A stretch of DNA of 64,000 nucleotides from the NCBI GenBank assembly GCA_028023455.1, contig JAQFVV010000010.1, positions 17,360,001 through 17,424,000 of the forward strand, read 5' to 3'. The DNA is from Epiperipatus broadwayi (lineage: Eukaryota; Animalia; Onychophora). The position numbers were made by a program, and so were the translations under genes. Below are positions 1 to 14,090 of the stretch, piece after piece. The notes beneath the pieces are model-generated. The model searched no databases. It was not told where the DNA came from and saw only the letters and a list, made by a program, of their open reading frames with translations. Each line of letters opens with the position of its first letter. Position 1 is the stretch's first letter.

Positions 1-2441
1 TTATAGAATTTCATTTTTTAATATGCCATTTGTTTTTTGTTTTTCAACAATATTTTGGGTGTTATATAATTTCTGTTTTAAGGACTATATTAAAGCATTG
101 TTCTCTGAGATATAAATCAATAATTTAAAAAAAATAGAGCTAAAGATTTTTTGATAAAAGTACAACCAGTCACTTCTAGCATTACAATGTCATATCTACG
201 ATAGCAAACAATTCACATGCCACTGATTGTATATTTTTGTCATTGTTTTTATTATTTATTAAAATAAGAGTAATCTATATTTATTTTTGAAATTATAAAC
301 TTAATAATATAAATAAAATAATACAGTATTTTCTTTTAAAATTATAATTGGTCTATAAAAATGAATTTAGATACAAAGATAAGATGGCCAGTCTTATCTT
401 TTTAAAATCTCTATCTTATGCTTTGGTTTGAGAGTATCCTATGTACTAAGCAAAACATTGTTGAGGTATTAAACTAACATTACAGTGCATATGTGTAGAG
501 TATAATTTTGTTCTGATTAAAATTAAAATCTTAATACAAATATATGTAAAATTGAATGAAAGTTGTAGTCTTCTTAATCCACTAATAATTTTGACTAACA
601 TTTATAATTAACTATCATTATTCTTTTGTTTTTATTCTCTTTCCATTTTTTTATGTTATTGTCTACAATTACTTAAATTAGTACTGATTCTATTCTTATG
701 AACCTCTCATTCCATTGACCATCTTTATTGTACTGTACAATGTAATTTTGAGTCTCTGATCTTCTTTAGTGTACTGTGACAATGGGAATTCATGTTTGTG
801 CAATCAGATTTTAATCTTTTGCAACTATTTATTTTTTTGTTTCTAACTTTTTATTCTTTGTCTTTTTCTCTTGCTTTATTTTTTATTGTGAAGTAAGAAT
901 GGCCAAATATATTTATGAGTGATTGCTAATGAGATATTTGAAATTTATTAAATTTAACATCAGTATTAAAATTAAATTAAATGTTATATTATATTTATTG
1001 AAGGATAATTTCTAAGTAAGTAATTACTAAAACAAAACAAAAAAAGATTTATGGAATAAATTTGTGTTATATATATATATTGGAATGAGTCTTTTGATTT
1101 TATGATTTATTTTTCCATTCTTGAAATAATTGTTTTTTAATTCAAAATCTTTATCTTTAAATCTCTAAAATAATTTAATTCTCATTTATTATTATTATAT
1201 ATATAGTAAGAAAATATTTACACTGATAAATTTTCAACAAATGATTGTTGTCATGTATCTATGTTCAATTCTAATTGATTTTTCACCTTGCAAGTATTGC
1301 TATATATCTGACACCATTTGTGATAAATGATGGCCAACCACTAAATATGTTTTTGCTATTGTTATAAAAGTTATAACTTTTAGTGTTTGAATCCTTGCCA
1401 AAATGTCCTGTCATTTTTACTGTTGAATTTTTTTTTTTGTGGTGTTTATATTGAATAGACATTAAGATTTTAACCTGGTTTCAAGTAGTTTAATTCATTC
1501 TAAATGGTTTTTTTCTTTCTAGATACTATTTATGAACTTGATATTTAATGTAAATCTTTCATGTAATTTAAAGCTTTATATTAAATTCATAAATTTAATC
1601 ATGATTTTATTTAACATTACATCTGTATGTACATTTTTAAATGTTATAGTTTGTTAGACAATTATGAAATTTAATAAAACTAATTGTTTCAAAATTGATA
1701 TGTCAACAATTTATTCTTTTAAATTTCTATATTTTCATCATTAAATTTCTTATCAATGATTTTTATTTAAAATATGATTGATTTACCTTAATTTTGTGGA
1801 AGTAGCTTTAGATCTATGATTTTTTTTTTTTTATTCTCTATTCAACCTGTCAATTAAGATACATTTGGGATTTTATTTTTGTTGTTGGTAGTAGTTCTTT
1901 TTTGTCTTGTATTTGATAACATGAATTTAATTTTTATCTATTTTACAGTTTGGTAATCTAAGAAGATTCTGCATTATTTCTTCATTATCTATTGATAATT
2001 TTTTTATGAAGATGGATAATGTTTGAAGTAGAAATACATTATTTATGCTTTTATTTAATTTTCTCTCTTTTTTAGTCTGTCTGTCTAGATCAGAGATTGG
2101 CAAACTGTGACTCTAATCTCATGGTTTTTTTAATCATGATAAACATAAAACATATTTTTTATTTCCTCATGTAATTTGTAACTAAATATTTTGATGACTC
2201 TAGGAGAGGAAAAATGCACATTACAATGTTGTTTCTTGAATTGAGTCTTATTATAGAATAGTAGATATTATATATGATGAATATTTAAATTTTGGACATT
2301 TTTTAATAAATCAAACTGTCAAAGTAATATTTTGTGTTTATTTTTAAAAGAACTTTAATTTTCATTAGGATGTATACAGATTATATTATGTTCTATTATT
2401 AAAATAAATGTTCAAATATATCCACAGCCATTCAGAAATTT

Positions 2442-2442
<1 letters not shown>

Positions 2443-2477
<35 letters not shown>
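2443..2477. repeat. poly(T) tract (35 nt), read as poly(A) on the minus strand
   Basis: Uninterrupted T run 2443-2477, followed by a strongly A-rich, T-poor segment to about 3070. Confidence 0.95.
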
Positions 2478-2479
<2 letters not shown>

Positions 2480-3899
2480 TATATAAACGCTAAACACATA
2501 ATACAAATAAGAATAGAGGGGGGGAAAATTAACTGGAAAAAACTAAACTAAAAATAGTATAGAATGTTTATAAACTAAAACGTAGCCGGGGGAGGGTAGC
2601 GAGAAATTTAAAATATAAAGAAAAAACAGAAACTAAAAGAAAAAATATTAAAAAAAAAAAGGCAAAAAGAGAAACAAAAAAAGAAAAATAAAAGAATAAA
2701 ATAAAAAAAGAAGTTAGGAAAACCCAAGGCGAAGAAGACAAAAGGATAGCAAGGAAATAAAACCAAACAACAGGATAATAAACACTAAAATAACAACAAA
2801 CAGGAAGAATAAAAATAAAAGTAACAAAGGACAAAAAAGGGCCAAAACACAGGGAGTATAGACGAACAGTAAAGAAGGTAAGCGCAAAACCCCGACTAAC
2901 AAAAAACCGCCCAACACAGGACCACAAAAAACTGTAAAACACCCGAGTAAAAGGAAAACCGGAAAAACTCCCTCCTAATATAAAGGCCACGTACAGCTAA
3001 ATAAGAACCTAAGCCAGATAAAAATATTAGGCGGTGGTAAGAACGATATGATAACCATAAACAGCAAATGCTAGAAAATAATTTTAGCTATGTTTGTTTT
3101 ATATATATATATTTTATTTATATAGAGGCCCAAAAATATAAAATTTATATCAATAAATTTATGTTTACGATATATGAATTTTATAAAAAAGATTGAGTTT
3201 TTTTTATTTTTTTTTTTTAAGTTCTTTTTTCCTTTTTAATTTACCCTTTTAACTTTTTCTTTATAAAAAAAAAAAAATTTATTTTTAAAAAAAATATATC
3301 TATATTTAATAATAAATGTATCTTTTATTTAGTTTTCGTTTTTAATGATTGTATGTACTGCTGAATTAAGAATATAAGACTCAATCTTTCAAAAAGATCT
3401 TCAAACTTTTCATATTATTATTAGGAGTCATTTTTATTTCTCCATAAATGAATTATTTAGATTCTGTATATGGAAATCACTGATGAATATAATAAATAAA
3501 TATAGATAAAAGAAATGACTTCTGTGATAGATTTTTCTGTAAAATTTTATATCAATCCCATTTACCATTTAGTATCCTTTGAATTTTTTCACTGGAGAAC
3601 ATTTTGTCAAGTAAATTAATGGTGTTCCTGGATTTAAGAATTTTAGAAACTTTTAGAAGACTATTTCCCAAATAGAATCATAAAGTATAGTTAGATAAGT
3701 AAGGTAGTGTTAATATTAATTTATTTTGAAAACTCATTTTAATATGAGTTTGTTAAAAATAACATTTATAATAGCTTCTTCCTAGTCTAATTTCACTCTG
3801 CTACATAGGTAGATGTTTTTCAATTGTTGGCCTAATTTTTGTTAATATGATTCTTTGAAAAAACTTGTAAGAAGTACATAACAATGATAGTGAATTATT

Positions 3900-5680
3900 G
3901 TTTTTTGAATCATTATTAGATTTATTTGATTTTAAAAGTTATATTTTTGCCATTATATCAATTTTTTTTTAATAATATGATAATGTTATTGAATAGTTTT
4001 GGCAACTATGCTTTTATTCTAAATCTTAATTTTTTTAGAAACTGTGATGTGGGGGATGTTATTGGTTTCAAACATTACAGGCATATTTATGTCTATTATT
4101 CATCAAATATCTACTGCTTTTATTAGAGGGACATTGCAGAAGAAATGCTTGCAGTTTTGCTTTAATAATGCTTTTTCTCATTCTAACAATTTTGATTTAG
4201 AAGTTTGATATATAAGATTGAGAATTTCATTAGCAGTGATTGTGATAGTCTTTTACAGGTACTTTATAGCCATCAGACTTACATAAATGTGAACAAACAT
4301 GGTTTTGTTTTTCCAAAGTCTCTCCACTTTCCTTCGTATAGCATTAGCCAATGATTTATAAGTTTGCCAATAATTTTTGAATCTTGGTGGACAAATATTG
4401 GCTATAAAGAATAATGCTAGTTTGCTTTGAATCTGGAATGCATTGTTTTTCAATATATTTGGAAGATAGGCTCTTTGCGAGTTATCATTATGAGTTTGTA
4501 AAACATATTATTGCAGGGAACAATTGATGAAATTCTATAAATATTCTGATTAAGATATCGTTCCTTTGACTTCAGTTAGCTTTCATTAAATTTTATCTCA
4601 GAAAAACTTTCAACTATAGGAAGATGAATTCCAAGAGTAATTAAACTTGGTTTATGTTGTAGAAGAAATAATATTAATAAATCAGCAAGTAATGGTGATA
4701 CATTTTTGTTGAAAAAAAACATAAATCAGGTATATTTCTGTTTTCCATCTGTCTAAATTAAATGGTCAGTCATGCTTGACTTTGTAAAGTAAGTGCATGT
4801 GTTCGAATTCATTTATTTTATATCTGTCTAAATTAAATGGTTGCTTGACTTTGTAAAGTAAGTGCATGTGTTCGAATTCATTTATTTTATATCTGTCTAA
4901 ATTAAATGGTTGCTTGACTTTGTAAAGTAAGTGCATGTGTTTAAATTCATCCATTTTCCATCTGTCTAAATTAAATGGTCATTCATGCTTGTCTTTGTAA
5001 AGTAAGTGCATATGTTTAAATTCATCCATTTTATAAATTGGCAAGTTGCTTGATCCTCATTCACATTTCATATATATATATATATAAGGTATAGGAAATT
5101 CTGGAAGTGAAAAAACATTGCATACATAAAAATTGTCTATTTGAATGCTGTACAATAATATTTCATTTGAACTGACTTCAATAAAAGTTTATTTTACAAT
5201 ATTTTAAACAAAGATTAATTTCTATTTAGAATTGGTGTGAATCCAGGCATATTAAAATGTAATTTATTAGAAGAATGATGAGTTTCCAGATGTAAGAAAT
5301 GCATCTTCACTTTACTGAACAGTCAATTCGTATAGAATCTCTATTTTCACTTTTAATACTATCTTAAGTAAAGTTCTTAGATGAAGAGCATTTTGTAGAA
5401 GTTATATACCCTGGCACTTGATGAACAACTGATTGATTTCAAATGATATAGATTTGTTTCATTAATAGAGTCAAATTCATTGACCAAATCAATGAAAGCT
5501 ATATATAAATGACTTTTTTATTCCTAGCACTTTCATTTATGACTGGAAGCAATCTAGTCAATAAAATCTTTGAAAGTACATTTGTTAAAATGCTATAGTT
5601 GTCAATCTTTTTTACTTGTGTGCCCCTTGGCAGTCAATTTCCATAAATTGTACTTTTCATATTATTAGCCTGTTTATAAT
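3900..5680 (-). mobile_element. Degraded RTE-like non-LTR retrotransposon (RT region), interrupted by a tandem repeat
   Basis: Minus-strand translation near 5450-5510 gives LYIAFIDLVNEFDSIN, matching the RT motif LY.AF.DL.KAFDS. ORF 4253-4453 (…RFKNYW…ERLWKNK…HIYV…) resembles the post-RT region. Many stops; boundaries approximate. Confidence 0.65.
4741..5033. repeat. Tandem minisatellite, 4 units of 75/69/69/~75 bp
   Basis: atctgtctaaattaaatgg starts at 4747, 4822, 4891 and 4960. Units 1 and 4 carry a 6-bp insertion. This explains the repetitive ORF 4766-4954. Confidence 0.95.
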
Positions 5681-6803
5681 TAATATAGTTGTTATTTTAA
5701 TTTTATATAATGTCATTGTAAATAAACAGCTCAATAATGGAACTTAAAATGATGACAACAAAAGACTTAAGAAATCCCAGAACTCATACATTGAACACTG
5801 TTCACAGTACTGAGCCCTTAAAATATCTACATCAATACTGATGTGACATCTCTCAAGTGATTTTTTTAACAGAGGACAGTGAAAGCTGAACTTGTCAGAA
5901 ACTTGCTGATGATTATGTGCACTGTAGTGGTTCAGAGAGTGATACTTCTTCCATTTTCCAAAATAACAAACAAGTAAATTAAACATTTCTTGGATTTAAA
6001 TAATGAAGAAAACTTGCATTGTCATCATTATAATTTCTCAACTTTTATTTTTTTAAAAAAAATTAATATCCTTTCCTTACCTTTATAAAAAAAAAAAAAG
6101 GAGGGGGGGGGGCAAATTATTCCATGACATTTGTTTCAATTATTTCAGTCTTTTTTATTGATTGTTTATCGAAGTGAGGCATAATCTTATCATTATTAAA
6201 TTTAATATACATTTGTTTATAAAGAATGCATAAATGAACCTTTTTTGTAAGATTATGCATTCAAATAATTTGTAAATTATATAATGTACCAGATGTATTC
6301 AGCCTAAATAGGCCATGGATTTCTTAATTGGTTGCTTTAACAATTTTTTTTAATGTTTAATGTAAATTAAACAGAAGATTTTAATATTATATAAATAAAT
6401 ATGAGAATTGTACACCAGCCTGAAAGATTGTCATTTCAACTTCAATTATACACTAATCAAAACTAAATGTAAATATATATATTTTTCCTCTCACTAAATA
6501 TCACATTTTAAACATGAATTTATGTACTATAATCATATTTTCTTCATGATTTAAATACTATACCTATTCAGTTCTGTATTTTAGTTAAAAGCACATATAT
6601 TCATTTTTTTTCCAAGCATTTTTTGGAATTAGTTCCTTCACATAAAAATTACGGATTATTAAATATAAAGAGCGGAATTATTTCATTTGCATAAAATGCG
6701 CATAATATAAATTTTGGTTTAGTGAGGTATAGTTTTTTTTTTCATGCTGTCAAATTTGCCATTTTTGTAATTTGTTTAAAGCAACCAATTAAAAAAAAGT
6801 AAT

Positions 6804-8032
6804 GGTACACTTCTGATAGCTGGGCATGGCCGTTTGATAGCATTGTTTATATGCAAAAACATATAAAAATGCCATTTACACAGCCAGACTTACGGCTAAT
6901 ACAACAGTTCTGTTGTATTAACCATTGCAGGCTACTTGATGGCATTGCACAGAAATATTATGGCCTGTTTTGTGCTTCATGACACTTTATGTGAATTCAC
7001 ACAATTCACAATTGGCTACCATATCGTCTGAGAGTGCTTGGATTTCAAATGGTCACAACTTTTGAAATTTCTGTAACAAAGTAATTTCATTTCTACTTAA
7101 ATCATGTAGTCTGACTTATTAAGAATTGTCATACCATCTCCACCCTTCCCTATACAGCTTGGAATGTGCAAAACATTGGCAAAGGGTAGGGCCAAACACG
7201 ATTCGGCCAAGCTCATGCAGAAACTCATGTTTTTGTGAGAAAATATGACACAAATAAAATGGCACTCGGTGGCAAGCAAATTTTCAAATTGTGGCAGTTG
7301 CCGACAACAGGAGCGGGGTACATGGTGGCGTATTTATGCAGCTGGACTCATGGCTAGTACAACAGTTTTGTTTATTAGCCATTATATACCACTTGATGGC
7401 ATTATACAGGAATATTAGGGCCTTTTTGGTGATTTGCGACATTTGATGCGAATTCGCAGTTGGTTACTGTATAGTCTGAGGGTGGCTGGATTTCAAGTGG
7501 CCACAAGTTTTGAAATCTCCATAGCAGAGTAATTTCATTTCTACTTTAATAACCAGTTTTACTCACTAAGAATTGTCACACTGTAGTACACAGGCAAGTC
7601 CATGAAACTACATTTGCAAAACAACCTCGCAATTCCGATGTCAGTCACACTCCTGCAAGCGAAGCTATTCGATTCACACATATTTTCAAAACAAAAAATT
7701 ATGATTTTACGACATAAATCATAAATAAAAAAAAAAGAAAACAAAAATTGAAAAAGTCAAAAGTTTTGGTCTTATTTGACTTTTTTTTCGAGGGGGGGGG
7801 TGAGAAAAAGTTTGTCATCACTGAGAGAAAACTTTTGTTTTTTTTTTTATTTAAAAAAGATAGAACAAGATTTTATTTAAAAAAAAGGTAATACAAATAA
7901 AATGTAATAAAAATTGGTTTTAAAAATAAAAGTTTTACTATATCAGCAGTAAAGATGTGTTTGTGTGTAAGGAAAAAAAATTTAAAGATGTAGTTGAAAA
8001 AATCGGCCATGCCTGGTTATCAGAAGAGTACC
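6804..8032. mobile_element. Non-autonomous TIR DNA transposon, Merlin-like (1229 bp)
   Basis: Left end ggtacacttctgatagctgggcatggccg; the right end reverse-complements to ggtactcttctgataaccaggcatggccg (29-bp imperfect TIR starting GGTAC). Flanks aaagtaat (6796-6803) and taagtaat (8033-8040) form an 8-bp TSD with 7/8 match. The interior is homologous to 57870-59100. Confidence 0.75.
6880..7585. repeat. Diverged internal direct repeat (~450-bp period) inside the Merlin-like element
   Basis: gacttacggcta (6887) vs gactcatggcta (7345); cttgatggcatt and gtaatttcatttctactt (7081 vs 7529) recur about 450 bp apart. Confidence 0.85.
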
Positions 8033-8349
8033 TAAGTAATTTATTAAAGTAACCAATTAAGCAGCATTGTGGGCAACATTTAGAAAACAGACAAAATAGG
8101 GATTTTATATGAAATCTCTAAAGAGTATTTACCACGTGCACTCAGCTTTAAGTTACAAAGAAGAAAGAAACTACTTTGTTATGCATACAAAGAAATATGC
8201 ACAAACTTGAATTACAAACACAAATGAAGGGGAACATGATATTACATAGAGAGAATAATATTTGAGTAGTCAATAGACATCATTTGGTATAGGTTATAAT
8301 ACACCCATCTCCAAACTAACCTGTTTGTCTTTTTTTCATCAAATGAAGA

Positions 8350-10280
8350 CTGAGATTCAAAGTTTTGAACTAATACATTTATGCATCTAGTAACCATCTT
8401 TTGTTTTGTTTTTTATATTATTCAAATTAATAATGTGAAATTTAAAAAACTGCTAAAAGTTTCAAATTCAGACAACTCACTTATGCAATTGTATAGATTT
8501 GATATCAGGCCAGTTTTTACATATTTTAGATACCTCAATTCTGTAAAAGCTGTAGGCTTCTTTTATTCTTTGCCTCTGAAAGTTAATACAAGAATACACA
8601 TGACTTCTCATATATCTACTCATATGTTTCCAAGAACATTTTTTTTATTTTACTTCAGAGCAATCTATTGTGTGGTTCAATAATTAATAGACACTAACAC
8701 AGATGGCTTTGGAGTAGGGTAACAGTAATTGCTTTTGAAGCAGATGGGAAATTGTGATGTTGTTATTGGCATTTAACTTTGTTAGACAAATGATAAAAGA
8801 TGCCTACAGTTTTTAAAATTGAATTCAAATTATATAGAAACTGATATGAGGTCAGATTTATATAGATATATAAATGAATTAGTTTGAGCTTGAAATTTTA
8901 GGATTTTTTAAATTGCAGATTATTTGCTTGAAAAGTATAAAGAAATAAAAAGTGTCTGTTAGTCACATAAGAGTATTCGTTTCAACTTTGAATCTTAATT
9001 TTCATTGATAAAGACACAAGCCTGAAATGGGGATTTTATAGCACTACATTATCTGCCATTGCTTACTTAAGTTTATAATAGAAAACTCCGGAATAGAATG
9101 AAAATAATTGTTTTTTGAAAGCATGTGATAGTGTTAGTAAAGAATAAAACTAATCTAAATTTTGTGAATATTAATGTATTTACATTTAGAAATTGGAAGA
9201 CTATGAGAAGTGAAGCCAATAATTTGAATTTGTAATAATTTTTGATTATGTCATTATTATTATTTATTTTTTCCACATAAATGTCATAGTTTGCACCTGG
9301 AAGTATATGTACCTTAGGCTAGGAATAATGTCTGTAATGAATATTAATGGTATTCCATGATAATAATAGAAATATGTTCCAGAACAAATAGCACAACTTT
9401 ATGAATCCATACATTCTTTAAAAAATTTTGAAGCTAACATAACACTGCTGTATTTTAAATTTTTTCCAGGTTTCTCATCAAGAATTGTATCCTTTCTATT
9501 TTTAAGATTTGCAAGAGCTCAAAAGATAATCAAAATATTCTTCCCATCTATTCGAAATATCATTCCATTGAGTGAGTATAATGACTTGGCAGTTTTAATC
9601 CATCAATCATTTTTAAATCTTATTAGTTGTTGAAGAATTTATGTTTTTAAATTTGATATTGTAATATTCAATTTGTTCTTCTTCTAGGTAGAAAATATTG
9701 GAATCATTTACAGAGAATTAGAATTTTTTTTAGTGATCTTAAGAATAGATTTACTTGTAAATCCATAGCACACTCCTTAAAAGATTTCATGCCTCAACAA
9801 ACATAACAATCTTGAAAGTGCACAGTAACAGTTTTGTTGTTCAGTAGTAATATGGATAGTGGATATTGCTAAGGAACAAAGCAAGTTTTTATGAATATGA
9901 TTAGAATAAGACCTATTTTTATTACAACTATCTTAGAGCATATTTGCCCATGACCTGTTCAACAATCTTCATTTGTAAATAAATGTTCATATTATATACA
10001 GCATTATTATTTAAAGAAAGTGTTTGTAAAAGTTGATTCATGTGTTGTTCAAAGATTTAATAAAAGCAGACTATTTGAACTTCTGCACTAATATTTCCAA
10101 CAATTTTTGCCCAAAATTCACTGTTTATATTAACATCTGCATTCAAATCTGAAAATAAAAAATTGATCTATTAATGGTATTTATGTATTAATGCTACTCA
10201 GCAAGGAATTGAAAGCTTTCATTACTTAAACTCATTGAATCTAATGTTGAAGCATATGCACTAATAAAATGTGTACAGGT
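8350..10280 (-). mobile_element. Degraded RTE-clade LINE (APE endonuclease to RT)
   Basis: The minus strand gives HFISAYASTLDS…NESFQFL (about 10205-10270; APE motif ISAYAPT) and SNSLLLLNL*TTHESTFTNTFFK (about 10010-10075; motif N.NG.LLL..C..H.L..TNT.F). Weaker RT-like remnants continue towards 8400. Heavily mutated. Confidence 0.65.
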
Positions 10281-10599
10281 AGCATTATGTAAATCTTGTC
10301 TTTTATTCATACATTTAGAAATCCAATATCATGCAATTTCTTTTTCACTAATTGATAAATCTTTCCCCCTCAAAAAATAAATGTATAACTGTCTATCTAT
10401 TGTATCAAACTTTCTTTTTTTTTTTTTTTTGGAAGCTTGTTTTTCTAAGAATAACTAGATCAGTCTTAAAATCTTGACTGCATTCTTTACAAGTGCTGTA
10501 CTCTGATTAAGTAAAGTTCACGCACTCCATGTATCTATTTTTTTTTTAAAAAAAAAATTGAAGCTTTTACTATTATTTCTGATACTGCTTCCTGCTTTA

Positions 10600-10850
10600 T
10601 CACCATTGACAGTTTTAACTTTTCAATTATTTAGGTCACTTTAATTAGTGATTCATTAGGCATAACAACTTAGTGAGCTTGTACTAGATATTTTAGACCA
10701 TCTTTTCTATGTTCCTTTTATTATAATGGTAAACAGGAAGATTCTTAACCAGGGCTGGTGTGTATACAATCTTTACCAAGTTAAACTCCTGTCCAAATTC
10801 AGTTCCCATACAAATCGTGTTTGTTCTGCTTGAATAAAATTTACTACTGA
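10600..10850 (+). mobile_element. RTE-like LINE fragment (post-RT region)
   Basis: ttgacagttttaactttcaattatttaggtca resembles VDSF.YLGS. Downstream …MVNRKILNQGWCVYNLYQVKLL resembles VW.NR.L...TK..VY.A.VL. Confidence 0.4.
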
Positions 10851-13190
10851 TGACTGTCAGTTTATAAAATATGTCTTTGATCTTAATGTCTGAGGGTTTA
10901 TATTAAAAAAATGAAAAGATAGGTAAAGGATGAAAATGTGGTTGCACAAACACATGATTTTACTATCACAGTTACTAAAGGTAGATGAGGCTCATGCAAT
11001 CAGACTCTATACTAACTTAAATAATTGAAGACAATAATGAAAAGAATAAAACAGAAAAGACTATCTGAGTTAGCACCTAAAACTTTAATAAACCAACATG
11101 TTATTTTACAAATCAGCAGAAGGTACTCTTGCTTAGATAATCTTGCTTAGATAATATTTATTGGTTATTCATTGTTAACTCTCAGATCTGAAAATCATTT
11201 CATCATCCACTATCTGAGAACCTTGCCAGTAATCTAAATATAGCACAGGGTAAAATTAATGTTCTATATTTTTTATGTTGAATGTATTTTTGCAATTTTT
11301 TTTTTGTTTGGTGCAAAATTTTGTGAGACGTAATTAAAATGTGTATTAGTTTAAATATTGCAAAAAATTGATTTATTTCATCCAATTAATGTATATATGT
11401 ATGATTTGTAACTTTTTTTTTTTAAGCATAAAATTGTTTTTGGGCACTTTTCTCAAAGTAAGACATTTCCAATTAGACAACTACTAACCACTTTAAATAA
11501 AAATAACATCATTTAACTAATATTGTTGTTGATAACTTAAAATTTTTTAAATTAAAAATCATCTAATGGACATTTTCGTGTTGTTAAAGTAGAAATGATT
11601 GAAATGAATTTTGTTTCATTCATTTTCTTTTAAAATAGTTTTTATTAAGAATTAGTTTGGCAATATAAAAATGTCATTCATTACTCTGCTATTATAAGCT
11701 TTATTTTGTTTTTTTAAGAAATTGCCTCTGTTTAATACTGGTGATATTTATTTTAGCAAAGTGTACCGACTACTTAATAGAATTGATTTATTTCAATTTT
11801 TAATGTGATGTGTGAATTTTAAGTTTAACATTTCAAACATTCATATATATTATTGTGTCTATCAAATCCGCATTGTTATATATATTATTATGTCTATCAA
11901 ATCCGCATTGTTTTTTGGCGATTATATAAATGACATTCCCCCTTGTCAGTTTGATGTGATGTTTTGATGTTGATGTTGCCAGCTTCAGCTTATTTAAAGT
12001 CTGTCTAATATAGATATTATCAATAAGATATTACAAAAAAACAACAGTTAAAAGCAAGAAAGCAAAAATAACTTAAAAAAAAAAAATACATTCTCTCCTT
12101 CTGAAGATATATTAGAGGGAAAAAATGAAACTCAAATTTTTTTTTAAAATAAAAATAAATATAATTGATAAATATGAAAAATTACATCCAAATTATGGAA
12201 TTTCATGTTTATAGATTCTACTCATTAGATATGAGCTTGCGGAGAATAAATATATATCCTAAAAACAAATTTAGTATTAGTAAATAGTCCTGTGTAGTTT
12301 AACAAATTAGATTCTGAATTTAAATTCAACCTATCATATCCTGTGCTCAAATTTTACTTGACAAGTGAGTAAATATTTAGTTATTTTTTTAATTATTTAC
12401 ATATAAACATTTATAACCATACATTATAAATCGAAATTATTGTGCTATTACATTCATAAATATATGTGTATATTTTATAATTTTAATTTTCACTTATATA
12501 TGTAATACTTTTGCATATATGTGTGTGTATGTTTGGCTGGTGCAGCATAAATATTTATTTTTTTGGAGACATTGCTATGCAAGGGAAAGATAAAATCATT
12601 TGAATATAATAATAATAAAATCTTTTTTTAAGAAAACAGTTCATAACACTAACAAATAAGTGTATTATGCTGTGTATATGTGCATTTATGTGTATATATA
12701 ATATTAATTATTTACACATTAATACCATATTCGTATATTTTAAGAATTCTTTAAAATATTGTAAAAGTTAATTTTTAATATCATGTAAAGTAATTTTAAA
12801 TTTAATTATTAAAAAGTGATATTGACTCCAGGTATATAAAATATACTTTTATTGAAAATATTAAAAAGGTAATAATAATATATGATTAATATTTTAAACT
12901 TATGAGACACTTAATAAAAGATTGTTAATTTGGATAAGCACATTAAAAAAGTGTTATAATTAACATTATTTTTTTAAAAAAATTAAAAGAAAAAAACCTT
13001 GTCTCTGGAATTTATTTTTTGCTTAGTTCTAAAAATTGATAAGAAATTAGATCATCTGAAGTTTTATGAAATGGCTTCAACCAAAATGTTTAACATGAGT
13101 TTAACTTCAATGGCAAACTGAAATGTGCTAGATTCTCCCTAGATAATTATAGTGGACCAACTTTTTTCAAAATGGCTTAAAAACAATATA

Positions 13191-14090
13191 CACCTGGGTC
13201 TCGTTTTATGTGGTAGATAGGTTCCTCAGAAAATGCGCACAAAAGAAATCGCACAAAAATAAACGTAACTTACCTTGAAAAATGGGGAATATGTTCCAGT
13301 AATTTTCAGAAGTTGCATAAAAGCAAAGCAACAAGGAAAAAATACTTTAAAATTCGCATTAAAAAAATAAGGAAATAAAGTATGACTAATAAAAAATTTC
13401 AAATATTTGAAAAAAATTAATACAAGACAAACTTTTTTTATTAACTATAGTATTTAATTTTACATTTTTTCATACATATTTTAATCATTACCGCTGTTTA
13501 CAATATGCGTTCGTTTGTGAACTAGTAAGAAATCAGATTCGTGATGGGTTGTACAACTAGTGCCACTTTCAGTCTTCAGCTGTGTTAATGGTTTTCTGTT
13601 TCTATATTAAAAAAATGAGATTGCAATCAAAACAAAAAAATTATACATTATCATTAGAAAGATTATTTTCAGTTTATAAAATCAATAAAATCTTCGTTAT
13701 TATTTATTTTAAAAATCTAAAATATTTATTTCTATTAATATCTAACAAAATACGTTTTAAAAGTTTAAAATTTTTGAATATTTATTGCGATACTTTTATA
13801 CGTACGTACATATAAATCTATTATTATTATTTGCTCATTAGTATAAGTAGGTTATTTACATAGAAGCTAAATTTCTAAATACATCTTCAGGCCATATTCA
13901 CATCAGCTGCTAATATAACATTATATTTTTGAAAAAAAAAAAAGTATTTCAAGTCAAAATAAGTTATTAATAATTTAAATTTCTTGATATCTAATAAATA
14001 TAATGAAATATCAAAGATATTAAAAAGAAACATGAATCGCATAACTTCAAAATTGCATTAAAATAATCTGCATAAAACGAGACCCAGGTG
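13191..14090. mobile_element. Tc1/mariner-type MITE (900 bp)
   Basis: Perfect 20-bp TIR cacctgggtctcgttttatg (13191-13210) / cataaaacgagacccaggtg (14071-14090), flanked by TA on both sides (13189-90, 14091-92). No coding capacity. Confidence 0.85.

Noticed and set aside
4741-5033. Regular repeats resembling a CRISPR array (also 58614-58900)
   Set aside because: Units are contiguous with no unique spacers, there are no cas genes, and the context is eukaryotic: these are minisatellites.
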